From the NCBI RefSeq assembly GCF_000018105.1, contig NC_009925.1:4590001-4622000 (forward strand): DNA of 32,000 nt, written 5' to 3'. A program made the translations under genes and the position numbers. Shown here piece after piece: positions 1-8,856 of the stretch (position 1 is the first letter of the stretch; every line of letters starts with the position of its first letter). A model generated the notes under the pieces. The model was not told the DNA's origin and searched no databases. It was given only the letters and a program-made list of their open reading frames with translations. Source of the DNA: Acaryochloris marina MBIC11017. GTDB lineage: Bacteria > Cyanobacteriota > Cyanobacteriia > Thermosynechococcales > Thermosynechococcaceae.

Positions 1-435
1 AATAAATCCGCGCAACCCTTCAATTCTGACTAGGGCACCCCCCCGGTTGGTCGCAAATACAGAAGAACGGACCGTTGCATCTTCTGTTTGCAATTGGCGA
101 ACCCGTTCCCAAGCGCGCATATACTCGATACGGCGAATGGATAAGGTGAGCTGCCCATCTTCATTCTCGTCTGCCAGAATGAAGAACTCACGGGTTTCGT
201 TGGATTGCAACACCTCATCAGGGTTCTCAATCCGATTGATGGACATTTCCTGGATGGGAATGTAGGCAGCTGTCTTAGCGCCAATGTCAATCAAAGCCCC
301 TCTGGGTTCCAGACTGAAGACTGTACCCGCCACGACGTCACCTGGATTGAAGTGATAATCATACTTGTCAAGTAACGCGGCGAAATCTTCGTGAGTAAAG
401 CCAATGTCTGGCAGTGTGGTTTCCCGATTGACCAT
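1..435 (-). CDS. rpsA: 30S ribosomal protein S1, N-terminal 145 codons (gene continues past the left window edge)
   Basis: Absent from the ORF track because no stop lies in-window. The reverse complement from ATG (435-433) is open to base 1. It reads MVNRETTLPDIGFTHEDFAALLDKYDYHFNPGDVVAGTVFSLEPRGALIDIGAKTAAYIPIQEMSINRIENPDEV...LTLSIRRIEYMRAWERVRQLQTEDATVRSSVFATNRGGALVRIEGLRGFI, the S1-domain pattern of cyanobacterial Rps1. Track ORFs 30..290, 47..265 and 291..530 are off-frame shadows. Confidence 0.85.
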   Translation of the reverse strand, partial: MVNRETTLPDIGFTHEDFAALLDKYDYHFNPGDVVAGTVFSLEPRGALIDIGAKTAAYIPIQEMSINRIENPDEVLQSNETREFFILADENEDGQLTLSIRRIEYMRAWERVRQLQTEDATVRSSVFATNRGGALVRIEGLRGFI

Positions 436-680
436 TCTCTAATGTTCCTAGGTTTTTTCTTACTAAAAGTGAATAATGACGCCTCCTTTGTCCGTAAGGA
501 CTCAAATAATAGGAGCGCTGGTCGATGCAAAGAGTCATCTTTTACATCTATCTAGATTTGGCACTAGATCTACCATCGTAGCGCAATATCCGAAACCTTA
601 ACTATATATTTTTTTGTTGGTGGTCTGACGATGAAGATGCTAACAGTTCAAGTTAATAACTGATATTAAATGACTGATAT

Positions 681-1211
681 TCACTGGGGAGAAATCATAA
701 TGGTAGGCTGTGCCGTATCTTCGTAGGGTTCGTCCAGCACACTTGGCAAAGGACCGTCCCCAGACTCTTTAAGCTGATCAAGGGCCTCTACAAAATCTCG
801 AATTCCCCGGAACTGTCGATAGACAGATGCAAACCTGACATAAGCTACTTCACTGAGGGATTGTAGCTTTGTCAAAACAGATTCACCGAGCTCTGTACTC
901 GTCACCTCTCTCACAGCTTGCTGCTGAAGTTCCGCTTCAACATCATCCACCAAAGACTCTAACTGCAATGCAGTCAGTCCTGTTTTCTCACAAGCGGTTG
1001 CGACTCCCTTGAGCAACTTGGAACGATCAAAAAGCTCCCTATCCTGATTGCGTTTGATCACGGTGATCGGTACAAACTCAATCCGCTCATAGGTTGTAAA
1101 TCGGCGATTACATTGCAGACATTCCCGACGGCGGCGCACACTCTGTCCCGCTTCTGCTGAGCGCGATTCTAAAACTCGGCTATCGGTATGCTGGCAAAAA
1201 GGGCATTGCAT
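681..1211 (-). CDS. nrdR: Transcriptional repressor NrdR
   Basis: N-terminal zinc ribbon MQCPFCQH...[12 protein letters not shown] (CxxC..CxxC), followed by an ATP-cone region ([20 protein letters not shown] ... [13 protein letters not shown]). Confidence 0.93.
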   Translation of the reverse strand: MQCPFCQHTDSRVLESRSAEAGQSVRRRRECLQCNRRFTTYERIEFVPITVIKRNQDRELFDRSKLLKGVATACEKTGLTALQLESLVDDVEAELQQQAVREVTSTELGESVLTKLQSLSEVAYVRFASVYRQFRGIRDFVEALDQLKESGDGPLPSVLDEPYEDTAQPTIMISPQ

Positions 1212-1296
1212 ACTGGCTTGTTCAAAGGGGGTAACAGAGTAGTTCTAATTCCAGAAAAACGATTGTAAGATCGATGTTCCCAATCTGTAGCGTTTT

Positions 1297-1704
1297 TTAA
1301 ATCACTGTGATTAGATACTGTGCCCATTCTACTGCCATTGTTATATCCGTAAATGGAATCAGAACAGGATTTTCATCACTTTGACGTTCCAGTACCAATT
1401 GGATGGTCTTACCTTTATCAGGGGGATTTTTCAAATCAATGCCTTGGCCGTCTATTTGGACCAAAACACTTGTAATGGTGTCGATTGAACAATGTTGAAG
1501 ATTGATGGGGCCTTTCGAGGTTGGCTTGCCCCAAGTCAGAGTTTGGCCTTTCTGTCCCAACACCGTATAGATATCATATTTAGCCCGTTCAAAAGACTGG
1601 GCCCAAACCCGATAGGCTTCAACTTTTCGATATTCGATCCACCCAAAACTGGCTAATCCGATAAACACAAACAGCAATGCCAACCATACGAGCCCTTCTG
1701 TCAT
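1297..1704 (-). CDS. Hypothetical protein with one N-terminal transmembrane helix
   Basis: 135-aa ORF. The N-terminus has a hydrophobic helix (LVWLALLFVFIGLASFGWI) followed by a soluble domain. It is co-directional with nrdR. No family recognised. Confidence 0.55.
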   Translation of the reverse strand: MTEGLVWLALLFVFIGLASFGWIEYRKVEAYRVWAQSFERAKYDIYTVLGQKGQTLTWGKPTSKGPINLQHCSIDTITSVLVQIDGQGIDLKNPPDKGKTIQLVLERQSDENPVLIPFTDITMAVEWAQYLITVI

Positions 1705-1818
1705 AACTGATGTTGTATTGGCATTTCATGACTGAGATGGGGAGAGAAGGAAAGGTGCTAAATGACAAGGTTGGAATGATGGAAGTACACAACACCTTTC
1801 CTATCGTCGGAGGACTAT

Positions 1819-1968
1819 TTAATCAATCCAGACGGATTGATAGTAAGGGTCGCCAAAGAAGGGGACCACTCCAGTTGCAGGATAGTGATCATCACTAGGA
1901 GCAAAAATGCGCCCTACTGCCTCTGATAAATATTTGATCCCTTGGGCGAATAAATTCATAAGTTTCAT
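1819..1968 (-). CDS. Small hypothetical protein (49 aa)
   Basis: Track ORF 1819..2037 trimmed to the internal ATG at 1968, which has GGGAG about 8 nt upstream. Product: MKLMNLFAQGIKYLSEAVGRIFAPSDDHYPATGVVPFFGDPYYQSVWID. No family recognised. Confidence 0.4.
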   Translation of the reverse strand: MKLMNLFAQGIKYLSEAVGRIFAPSDDHYPATGVVPFFGDPYYQSVWID

Positions 1969-2245
1969 ACGTAGACTCCCATATACAAAATGAATGGGAA
2001 CGAGCATTCCCATCCTTATTTGGATTAACGGTTGCAATCTCGTACTTTGATCATAACGTGAATGATTAGCAAAATTAATAAGTCTGACAACTCTAAATAT
2101 ATATTTTTATGCAAAACCTAAACAAACACTGAGATGAGTGAAGACTTACTCAAGTTTTATGAGGTGTGTGTCTCTTTTGTAACGAGGATTTGAAGAAAGT
2201 TCTTGACGTTCGAATGCTTTTCAAGGCATGATAATAGTCGCATTT

Positions 2246-2318
2246 GGGGCTATAGCTCAGTTGGTAGAGCACCTGCATGGCATGCAGGGGGTCAGCGGTT
2301 CGAATCCGCTTAGCTCCA
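2246..2318 (+). tRNA. tRNA-Ala (anticodon GGC)
   Basis: 73-nt cloverleaf. Acceptor stem GGGGCUA/UAGCUCC carries the G3:U70 alanine identity pair. D arm is GCUC-AGUUGGUA-GAGC. Anticodon stem CCUGC/GCAGG has loop AUGGCAU (anticodon GGC). T arm is CAGCGGUUCGAAUCCGCU, and the discriminator is A. CCA is not encoded. Confidence 0.93.
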
Positions 2319-2356
2319 TTTTTTATATCGTTTTGTGTGGTTCCGTTAAGCTGGGC

Positions 2357-5300
2357 CTAACCGGTGTTTCTCATGCCTGCGGCAATCCCGTTAATGGTCA
2401 GCAAAGCGCCCCGCAAAAGGTCTTTCTCGCTAACATTTCCAGCGCCTAAGGCAACCCGATCTTGCCGCTGATGCTGTCTCAACCGTTTAAGCAGAGACAC
2501 CTGCAGAAATCCTAAGGGGACAATCGTACCGTTCCGCAGATGGACCGAACGCTTCAGGTTAGGATCGCCATCCAAGAGCTGCTGATTCCCTGTAATCTTG
2601 GAGACCATCTCTCGGGTGAGATAATATTCCTGGGCAATTTGCTCGAACAAACGCTCAAACCGATCCACATCTTCAGAAGACGTCAATTCCTGAAGATAGT
2701 GATGAGCAATTTGCAGATCTACTTTGGCTAAGGTCATTTCTACCTTAGAAATCACCATCTTAAAGAACGGCCATTTGCCATAGAAATATTGCAGCAACGT
2801 CAGATGTTCAGCAGACTTCTCATCTAGAAAATCTTGGAGTGCGGTCCCTACTCCGTACCATGCAGGCAACAGAAATCGGCTTTGCGTCCAGCTAAACACC
2901 CAAGGAATGGCGCGTAACCCTTCTAAGGTCCGGCGATTATCGGCTCGTCGTCGAGCAGGTCGAGCCGCATGTTGTAATTGACTAATTTCATTGATGGGGG
3001 TGACTTCGTAGAAAAAGTCCACTAAGTCTTCTTGTTCATGAATCAGCGCTCGGTATCGTTTGCGCGATCGCGCCGATAAATCCTCCATAATTTCATGCCA
3101 GGGTTCAATACTGTCCATGGTGGAGCGCAATAAACTGGACTGAATAACAGCCGTAGAAATCGTTTCTAGGTTGTATAAAGCCAGCTCCGGCAAGGAATAT
3201 TTTGAGGCAACCACCTCACCCTGCTCTGTAATTTTGATCCGACCATTGACGCTATAACCTGGCTGCGCCAAAATCGCTTCATAGGCAGGCCCGCCGCCTC
3301 GGCCCACGGACCCGCCCCGACCATGAAAAATCCGCAAAGACACCCCATAGGGTTCAGCAGTTTCCTGTAATCGTTGTTGGGCCTTATAGATCTCCCAATT
3401 ACTGCTGAGGAAGCCAGAGTCCTTGTTGCTATCGGAATATCCCAGCATAATCTCTTGTAAGGAGAGAGGAGGGTTTGAAGACGGCTCCTGAGAGGCCTGG
3501 GCATCCACCAAATAATTGCGATAAAAGGTTAGATCAAATAGCTGGGTCATGACCCCCGGTGCTCGCTGTAAATCATCCACCGTTTCAAATAGAGGGATAA
3601 CGTGCAGTGTTCCACTGGCCGTTGTGGGATCAAATAGGCCGGACTCCTTCGCTAACAGCAGCACCTCCAGCAAATCACTGGCATCATGACTCATGCTGAT
3701 GATGTAGGTGCGGCAAATTTCGACCCCAAACTCTTCTTGCAGCCGGCGAATCATTCGGAACGTATTGATGAGCTCTTGGGTTTTGTCGGAGAAAGGCAGA
3801 TCGTGGGGAATCAAGGGCCTGCGGGTCTGCAGTTCTTGGGTTAGCCACTCCAAGCGTTCGGACTCTGACAACTCGTTATAGGGTTTGGGCAGAATCTGCA
3901 GGTAATTAACAATTTCAGTGAGGGCATCTGAATGGCAGGAGCTTTCTTGTCGAATATCCAACTGAGTTAAGTTAAACCCAAAGATCTCCACTTGACCAAT
4001 CAGGGTATCTAGCTCCTGACAATTGATGCCGGTTGCTTGCAGGTTCTCTTGAACCACTCGAAGTTCAGCCAAGAAGTTCTGAGCAGCAGGGTAATAGATC
4101 TGTTCATTCATCCCTTGGGGATGAATTGGATGGGAGAAATCAATCAGTTGCGCTTGCTGTTGATTGCGATCGCGGGTGTTTTCCAGACGCTTCAAAATAT
4201 ATGACAACTTGAATCGAAAGGGTTCTCCCAAGAACCGAATCGAGAGCCTGTCATACACCTCCGGCATTTGGAGTTGATCTTGACCCAGAGATTTCTCTAA
4301 CCCTGGCGGCACTTCAGACCAATATTGGGACAAAGTCAGTAGGTTAATTAGCTTATTGACAGATTGAATATATTTCTCAAGGACCAAATTGCGTTGGTAA
4401 CAGGAGGTTTGCCAAGTAATATCTGGCGTCACCGCTGGATTGCCATCGCGATCGGACCCAACCCAAGACCCAAACTTACAAAAGTTATAGCGAGGGGGTT
4501 GCAGCTTAGGAAAGGCTTGCTTCAGGTTTAGGGATAAACGGTGATAGAGCTGGGGAATCGCATCAAACAGGACTTCGCGGAAATAGTGCAGGCTATACTC
4601 TACTTCGTCTAACACGGTTGGTCTAAATTGATGAAGTTCATCGGTGCGCCACCAAAAACGGACTTCTTCTGTCAGTTGGGCCTGTAAGGCATCGACCTCC
4701 CAATTTGAGCGGGTATTATTGGCCAGCCCAGCCTCCGCCTCATCTAACTTGCCGAGAATTTTGGCAATCCGACGCTGCTTGGCCCGAATTGTCTGCCGTA
4801 CAATTTCTGTCGGATGAGCCGTAAATACTAGCTGAATATCTAAGTTTTGAATAATATTTTGAATATGGCGGGGCGGAACATTTAACTGTTTCAGCTTAGG
4901 GAATAACCAGGTAAAGGTCCCTGCATTCGGTTCCCGCAGAATGGCATCAAAGATGCTGTGCTCAGGTAGCTCGGTCTGACCGTTCGCATGATTTTCAGCC
5001 CTCTCCGCGGATCCACCAACATTGGGCAGCGCCACTGGGGAGGATGTGATTGCCCCTCGGGTGCGCACAATACTTTCCTCTTGCTCATAATGTTGTTCCA
5101 CAATATTGATGAGCTGAAAGTAGAGGGCAAAGGCTCTGGCGGCCCGAATGGCTTCATCTAGCTCTAGCTTTTCTACTACCTTAAGAACTTCCGTTTCCGG
5201 AACCGTTGGGGCTTGTCCTTCCGGGGAACACATCGATCGCAATTGCCGCAGTAAATCGACTAACTCCTGCCCGCATTCATCTCTGAGGACACCCTCCAGT

Positions 5301-5395
5301 AGGTCTTCAATAACTTTAATACGATGTAGAAGCAATGACTCTAACCGGTTGGGCTGCACTAATTGGGGATGGTTACGGTTGAGGGTAGAACGCAT
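2357..5395 (-). CDS. ppc: Phosphoenolpyruvate carboxylase
   Basis: 1012 aa. Contains [18 protein letters not shown] and [14 protein letters not shown], plus the C-terminal ...[11 protein letters not shown] hallmark of PEPC. Confidence 0.97.
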   Translation of the reverse strand: MRSTLNRNHPQLVQPNRLESLLLHRIKVIEDLLEGVLRDECGQELVDLLRQLRSMCSPEGQAPTVPETEVLKVVEKLELDEAIRAARAFALYFQLINIVEQHYEQEESIVRTRGAITSSPVALPNVGGSAERAENHANGQTELPEHSIFDAILREPNAGTFTWLFPKLKQLNVPPRHIQNIIQNLDIQLVFTAHPTEIVRQTIRAKQRRIAKILGKLDEAEAGLANNTRSNWEVDALQAQLTEEVRFWWRTDELHQFRPTVLDEVEYSLHYFREVLFDAIPQLYHRLSLNLKQAFPKLQPPRYNFCKFGSWVGSDRDGNPAVTPDITWQTSCYQRNLVLEKYIQSVNKLINLLTLSQYWSEVPPGLEKSLGQDQLQMPEVYDRLSIRFLGEPFRFKLSYILKRLENTRDRNQQQAQLIDFSHPIHPQGMNEQIYYPAAQNFLAELRVVQENLQATGINCQELDTLIGQVEIFGFNLTQLDIRQESSCHSDALTEIVNYLQILPKPYNELSESERLEWLTQELQTRRPLIPHDLPFSDKTQELINTFRMIRRLQEEFGVEICRTYIISMSHDASDLLEVLLLAKESGLFDPTTASGTLHVIPLFETVDDLQRAPGVMTQLFDLTFYRNYLVDAQASQEPSSNPPLSLQEIMLGYSDSNKDSGFLSSNWEIYKAQQRLQETAEPYGVSLRIFHGRGGSVGRGGGPAYEAILAQPGYSVNGRIKITEQGEVVASKYSLPELALYNLETISTAVIQSSLLRSTMDSIEPWHEIMEDLSARSRKRYRALIHEQEDLVDFFYEVTPINEISQLQHAARPARRRADNRRTLEGLRAIPWVFSWTQSRFLLPAWYGVGTALQDFLDEKSAEHLTLLQYFYGKWPFFKMVISKVEMTLAKVDLQIAHHYLQELTSSEDVDRFERLFEQIAQEYYLTREMVSKITGNQQLLDGDPNLKRSVHLRNGTIVPLGFLQVSLLKRLRQHQRQDRVALGAGNVSEKDLLRGALLTINGIAAGMRNTG

Positions 5396-6015
5396 AGAGT
5401 ATTAACTCAAATAAATAAGATCGATGGGATAGAAAAACTTGAAGACAATCCTCAAGCTTTTGGGAACTTCGCCATTAAAAGCATCAACCTCTGTTGAGAA
5501 CGGGGTAACGTGACATCAAAATAACTCCATCACAATTCTAGGGGGTAAACCTCGATTTACTATCTTTCTCTAAAAGCTAATGCCCTTAGTAGGGTTAGGT
5601 TCCCTCTATCAGCCTTACTTGTTGGGGATACATCATGCTGGATAGATTGGGCTTAAGCCGCATTCATCAGCCAATGTCAGACTATCGGGCTGATTCATCT
5701 GCATATGGCTTTTCTGGGCTCTCTCAAGGCTATTTTGAGGATAGTGGCCAAGTAGTTAACACCCTAACGGGAGAAAAACTCACTCTATTCTGGCAAGTCT
5801 AAAAAAGGTAAGGCAACCCCTTGCAATAGGCTTTCGCTCCAAGTTCCAAGGGTCGTCAAACACCGAAATAGCTGTTGTTGCCCCAGCAAGGCAACGAGAA
5901 TCGGCAAAATGGCCAGGCTGACTAAAAGCTCCAATTGCTCAGGCTTGAAGAGAATGGGGGGGACTTTAGAGAACGGATGAGTGGGGGAAAACATGATGAG
6001 ACCTTTGATAGTGTT

Positions 6016-7464
6016 TTAACGAAGTGCCCAATCTTTGGCCCAAGCTAGGATTTTGGACACTCGATCGGGATGATGGGATTCACAATAGAGACGCAGAACA
6101 GGCTCTGTCCCACTAAATCGAACCAATAGCCAGCTCTGATCCGCCAAGCTAAACTTAAAACCATCGATGGATAAAACATCCACAACCTTTTGGTCTAAGA
6201 CCTGGCTGAAAGGGGCTGTTTGCAATTGATCGATCAGCTTTTGTTTATCAGCTTCCGAAGATAAAGGTAGATCTATCCGATCATAAAAACTGGTAAACCC
6301 CGTTTGCGTTTGTAGCTGCTGATACAAGTGAGAGAGATCCTGCCCCGTTTGGGCTGCAGCTTCCAGCAAGTATAGGGCCGAGAGTAAGCCATCCCGTTCA
6401 GGAATATGGTTGCCATAGCCTATTCCACCCGATTCTTCGCCGCCAATGAGAACCGACTCTGCAGCCAACATATAGTCGGCAATGTACTTATAGCCAATGG
6501 GAGTTTCGTGGAGGGGCAGTTGATACAAGTCAGCCACTTGCGGGATCAATTCTGAGCCACTAATGGTTTTGATGACTTCTCCCTGGAACTTTCGGCGAGC
6601 GGCGAGGTGCTCAATCAAAATCGGAATCAAAATTTGAGAGCTAAGAAAATTGCCCTGACCATCCATCGCCGCGATGCGATCCCCATCCCCATCAAAGACA
6701 AAACCGACAATCGCTTCTTCTTGGGGGGCCTGTTGGCGATGGCTTTGAATGGCTTGAATCGATTTCCCTAGATATTTGGGAAGCGGTTCTGGGGCACCGC
6801 CTTCAAATAACGGATCGCGATCGCAATTCAGTTCTGTAATTTCAGCGGATAGTAGCCGTTGGAGCCCCGTCGCGGTGGCGCCATGCATAGTATCGACAAA
6901 AACCGTGAGCCGTTTTTGATGGATCGCTTGGTTAATCACCTCCATATCCACCTTCGATTGCAGAACCTGGCAATAATCGGGCCAGGGGTCGAAGGTGTCT
7001 AGGGTCCCGGCGGTGGCAGCTTTCACGGGGGCTGTTACCAGCCGATCTTGAATCGCTTGGGTGACGGCAGGCGGAACTGAGCCGCCAAAAGCTCCTTTGA
7101 CTTTGAGACCAGAATAGATCCCAGGGTTATGACTGGCCGTAATCACTAGGGCTCCCAGGGCCTGACGGTGATAGGCCGCCCAACTAAATGCAGGGGTGGG
7201 CGCAAAGGTATCGGACAATAGCACATCAAATCCGGCTTGTTGAACCGTTTCGGCAGTCGCTTGGGCAAATTCTTCAGACAGGAATCTGCGATCGTATCCC
7301 ACGATCACTAAATGCTTTTTGTCAGGGCTGCCGTAGGTCTTTTCTAGGATTTGGGCAGCGATGGGGGCGACATAGACCAATCGCTCGAAAGTAAAGTCTT
7401 TGGCAATAATGCCTCGCCAACCGTCGGTTCCAAATTTGATTGAAGATGCAAAATCGTTAGGCAT
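6016..7464 (-). CDS. alpha-D-phosphohexomutase family protein (phosphoglucomutase/phosphomannomutase)
   Basis: 482 aa. N-terminal FGTDGWRG, active-site Ser loop TASHNP, metal loop FDGDGDR, sugar loop GEESGG and phosphate loop RFSGTEP. Substrate specificity cannot be decided from sequence. Confidence 0.9.
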   Translation of the reverse strand: MPNDFASSIKFGTDGWRGIIAKDFTFERLVYVAPIAAQILEKTYGSPDKKHLVIVGYDRRFLSEEFAQATAETVQQAGFDVLLSDTFAPTPAFSWAAYHRQALGALVITASHNPGIYSGLKVKGAFGGSVPPAVTQAIQDRLVTAPVKAATAGTLDTFDPWPDYCQVLQSKVDMEVINQAIHQKRLTVFVDTMHGATATGLQRLLSAEITELNCDRDPLFEGGAPEPLPKYLGKSIQAIQSHRQQAPQEEAIVGFVFDGDGDRIAAMDGQGNFLSSQILIPILIEHLAARRKFQGEVIKTISGSELIPQVADLYQLPLHETPIGYKYIADYMLAAESVLIGGEESGGIGYGNHIPERDGLLSALYLLEAAAQTGQDLSHLYQQLQTQTGFTSFYDRIDLPLSSEADKQKLIDQLQTAPFSQVLDQKVVDVLSIDGFKFSLADQSWLLVRFSGTEPVLRLYCESHHPDRVSKILAWAKDWALR

Positions 7465-7557
7465 AGGGAATCCGCTAGGATACTGTCTCTACATCCTACA
7501 CACCAAAAGTTAACCCGTAATTACTAACAAAACTTAATCTTTAGTTTATGATTTGGA

Positions 7558-8751
7558 GTGATACGCAGTTTAGGGAGGTTTATTTTGACTCAACACCAAG
7601 ACGCCATTGCGCCACACGGTGGTTCACTCATCAACAGGGTTGCTTCTGAAACCCAAAAACAAGACTTGCTGGCCAAGGGCGATAGCTTACCCCGTGTACA
7701 GCTAGATAAGCGAGCCACCTCAGATTTGGAAATGATTGCTATTGGTGGCTTCAGTCCCCTTTCAGGCTTTATGGGGCAGGCGGACTATGAACAGGTCGTC
7801 CATCACATGCATCTAGATAATGGGTTACCCTGGTCAATTCCAGTGACTTTATCCGTCGATGAAGGCGTCGCTGATTCCCTCAATGTGGGTGACTTGGTTC
7901 GTTTAGATGACCCAACAGGTGCTTTTGTGGGTGTGCTCGAACTGACTGAGAAATATACCTACGACAAAACTCAGGAGGCGGTTCAAGTCTACAAAACAGA
8001 CGAGATGAAGCATCCCGGCGTTAAGGTGGTGTTTGAGCAGGGGGCAGTGAACCTTGCGGGGCCAGTCTGGCTCCTAGAACGACAAGCACATCCTCAATTT
8101 CCCTCCTATCAAATTGATCCGGCTGCTTCTCGCCAACTCTTCCGTGAACGGGGTTGGAACACCATTGTTGGCTTTCAAACCCGAAATCCCATTCACCGTG
8201 CCCATGAGTACATTCAAAAATGTGCGTTAGAAACCGTAGATGGATTATTCTTGCATCCCCTGGTGGGCGCAACTAAGAGTGATGATATTCCGGCAGATGT
8301 GCGGATGCGTTGCTACGAGATTATGATGGAGCATTATTTCCCGGAGGATCGGGTGATTCTGGCCATCAATCCTGCGGCTATGCGGTATGCCGGTCCTCGT
8401 GAGGCTATCTTCCATGCCCTAGTCCGTAAGAACTATGGCTGTACGCACTTTATTGTTGGTCGCGACCATGCGGGTGTGGGGGATTACTATGGCACCTATG
8501 ATGCCCAACATATTTTCGATACTTTAGATGCACAAGCTCTGGGCATTACCCCCATGAAATTTGAGCACGCCTTTTATTGTAAGAAGACCCTATCCATGGC
8601 TACGACGAAGACGAGTCCCAGTGGGCCTGAGGATCGAGTCCATTTGTCTGGAACAAAGGTGAGAGAAATGTTGCGACGAGGAGAGCTACCCCCACCTGAG
8701 TTTTCTCGCCCTGAAGTGGCTTCTGAATTGGCAGCAGCAATGAAAGCTTAA
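7558..8751 (+). CDS. sat: Sulfate adenylyltransferase (ATP sulfurylase)
   Basis: Contains [11 protein letters not shown] and GRDHAGVG motifs and has the homo-oligomeric Sat length. The true start is probably TTG at 7585, since GGGAGG lies at 7573-7578, 6 nt upstream. That gives [13 protein letters not shown]..., rather than the GTG at 7558 used by the track. Confidence 0.95.
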   Translation: MIRSLGRFILTQHQDAIAPHGGSLINRVASETQKQDLLAKGDSLPRVQLDKRATSDLEMIAIGGFSPLSGFMGQADYEQVVHHMHLDNGLPWSIPVTLSVDEGVADSLNVGDLVRLDDPTGAFVGVLELTEKYTYDKTQEAVQVYKTDEMKHPGVKVVFEQGAVNLAGPVWLLERQAHPQFPSYQIDPAASRQLFRERGWNTIVGFQTRNPIHRAHEYIQKCALETVDGLFLHPLVGATKSDDIPADVRMRCYEIMMEHYFPEDRVILAINPAAMRYAGPREAIFHALVRKNYGCTHFIVGRDHAGVGDYYGTYDAQHIFDTLDAQALGITPMKFEHAFYCKKTLSMATTKTSPSGPEDRVHLSGTKVREMLRRGELPPPEFSRPEVASELAAAMKA

Positions 8752-8787
8752 GCCTTGCTTTCGCAATCGGCGATATAGTGAAAACAG

Positions 8788-8822
8788 GAACCCATTATCT
8801 AGTAGTGGGTTCTACCCTTTTG
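8788..8822 (+). terminator. Candidate intrinsic terminator after sat
   Basis: Stem GAACCCA (8788-8794) pairs with TGGGTTC (8806-8812), with an 11-nt loop, followed by TACCCTTTTG. The U-tract is offset, so confidence is moderate. Confidence 0.4.
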
Positions 8823-8856
8823 CCCATCCGTAGGCCCTCTCCATAGACATCACATC

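Noticed and set aside
30-530. Track ORFs 30..290 (-), 47..265 (+) and 291..530 (-)
   Set aside because: All three overlap the open, clearly homologous rpsA frame (1..435, minus strand) in other frames or on the other strand. They have no recognisable motifs.
2228-2449. 73-aa ORF on the plus strand
   Set aside because: It is made up of the tRNA-Ala gene plus the antisense of the ppc 3' end, so it is not coding.
2540-5405. Track ORFs inside or antisense to ppc (2540..2731, 3166..3504, 4891..5157, 5148..5405)
   Set aside because: They are shadow ORFs within a 1012-aa gene with unambiguous PEPC motifs.
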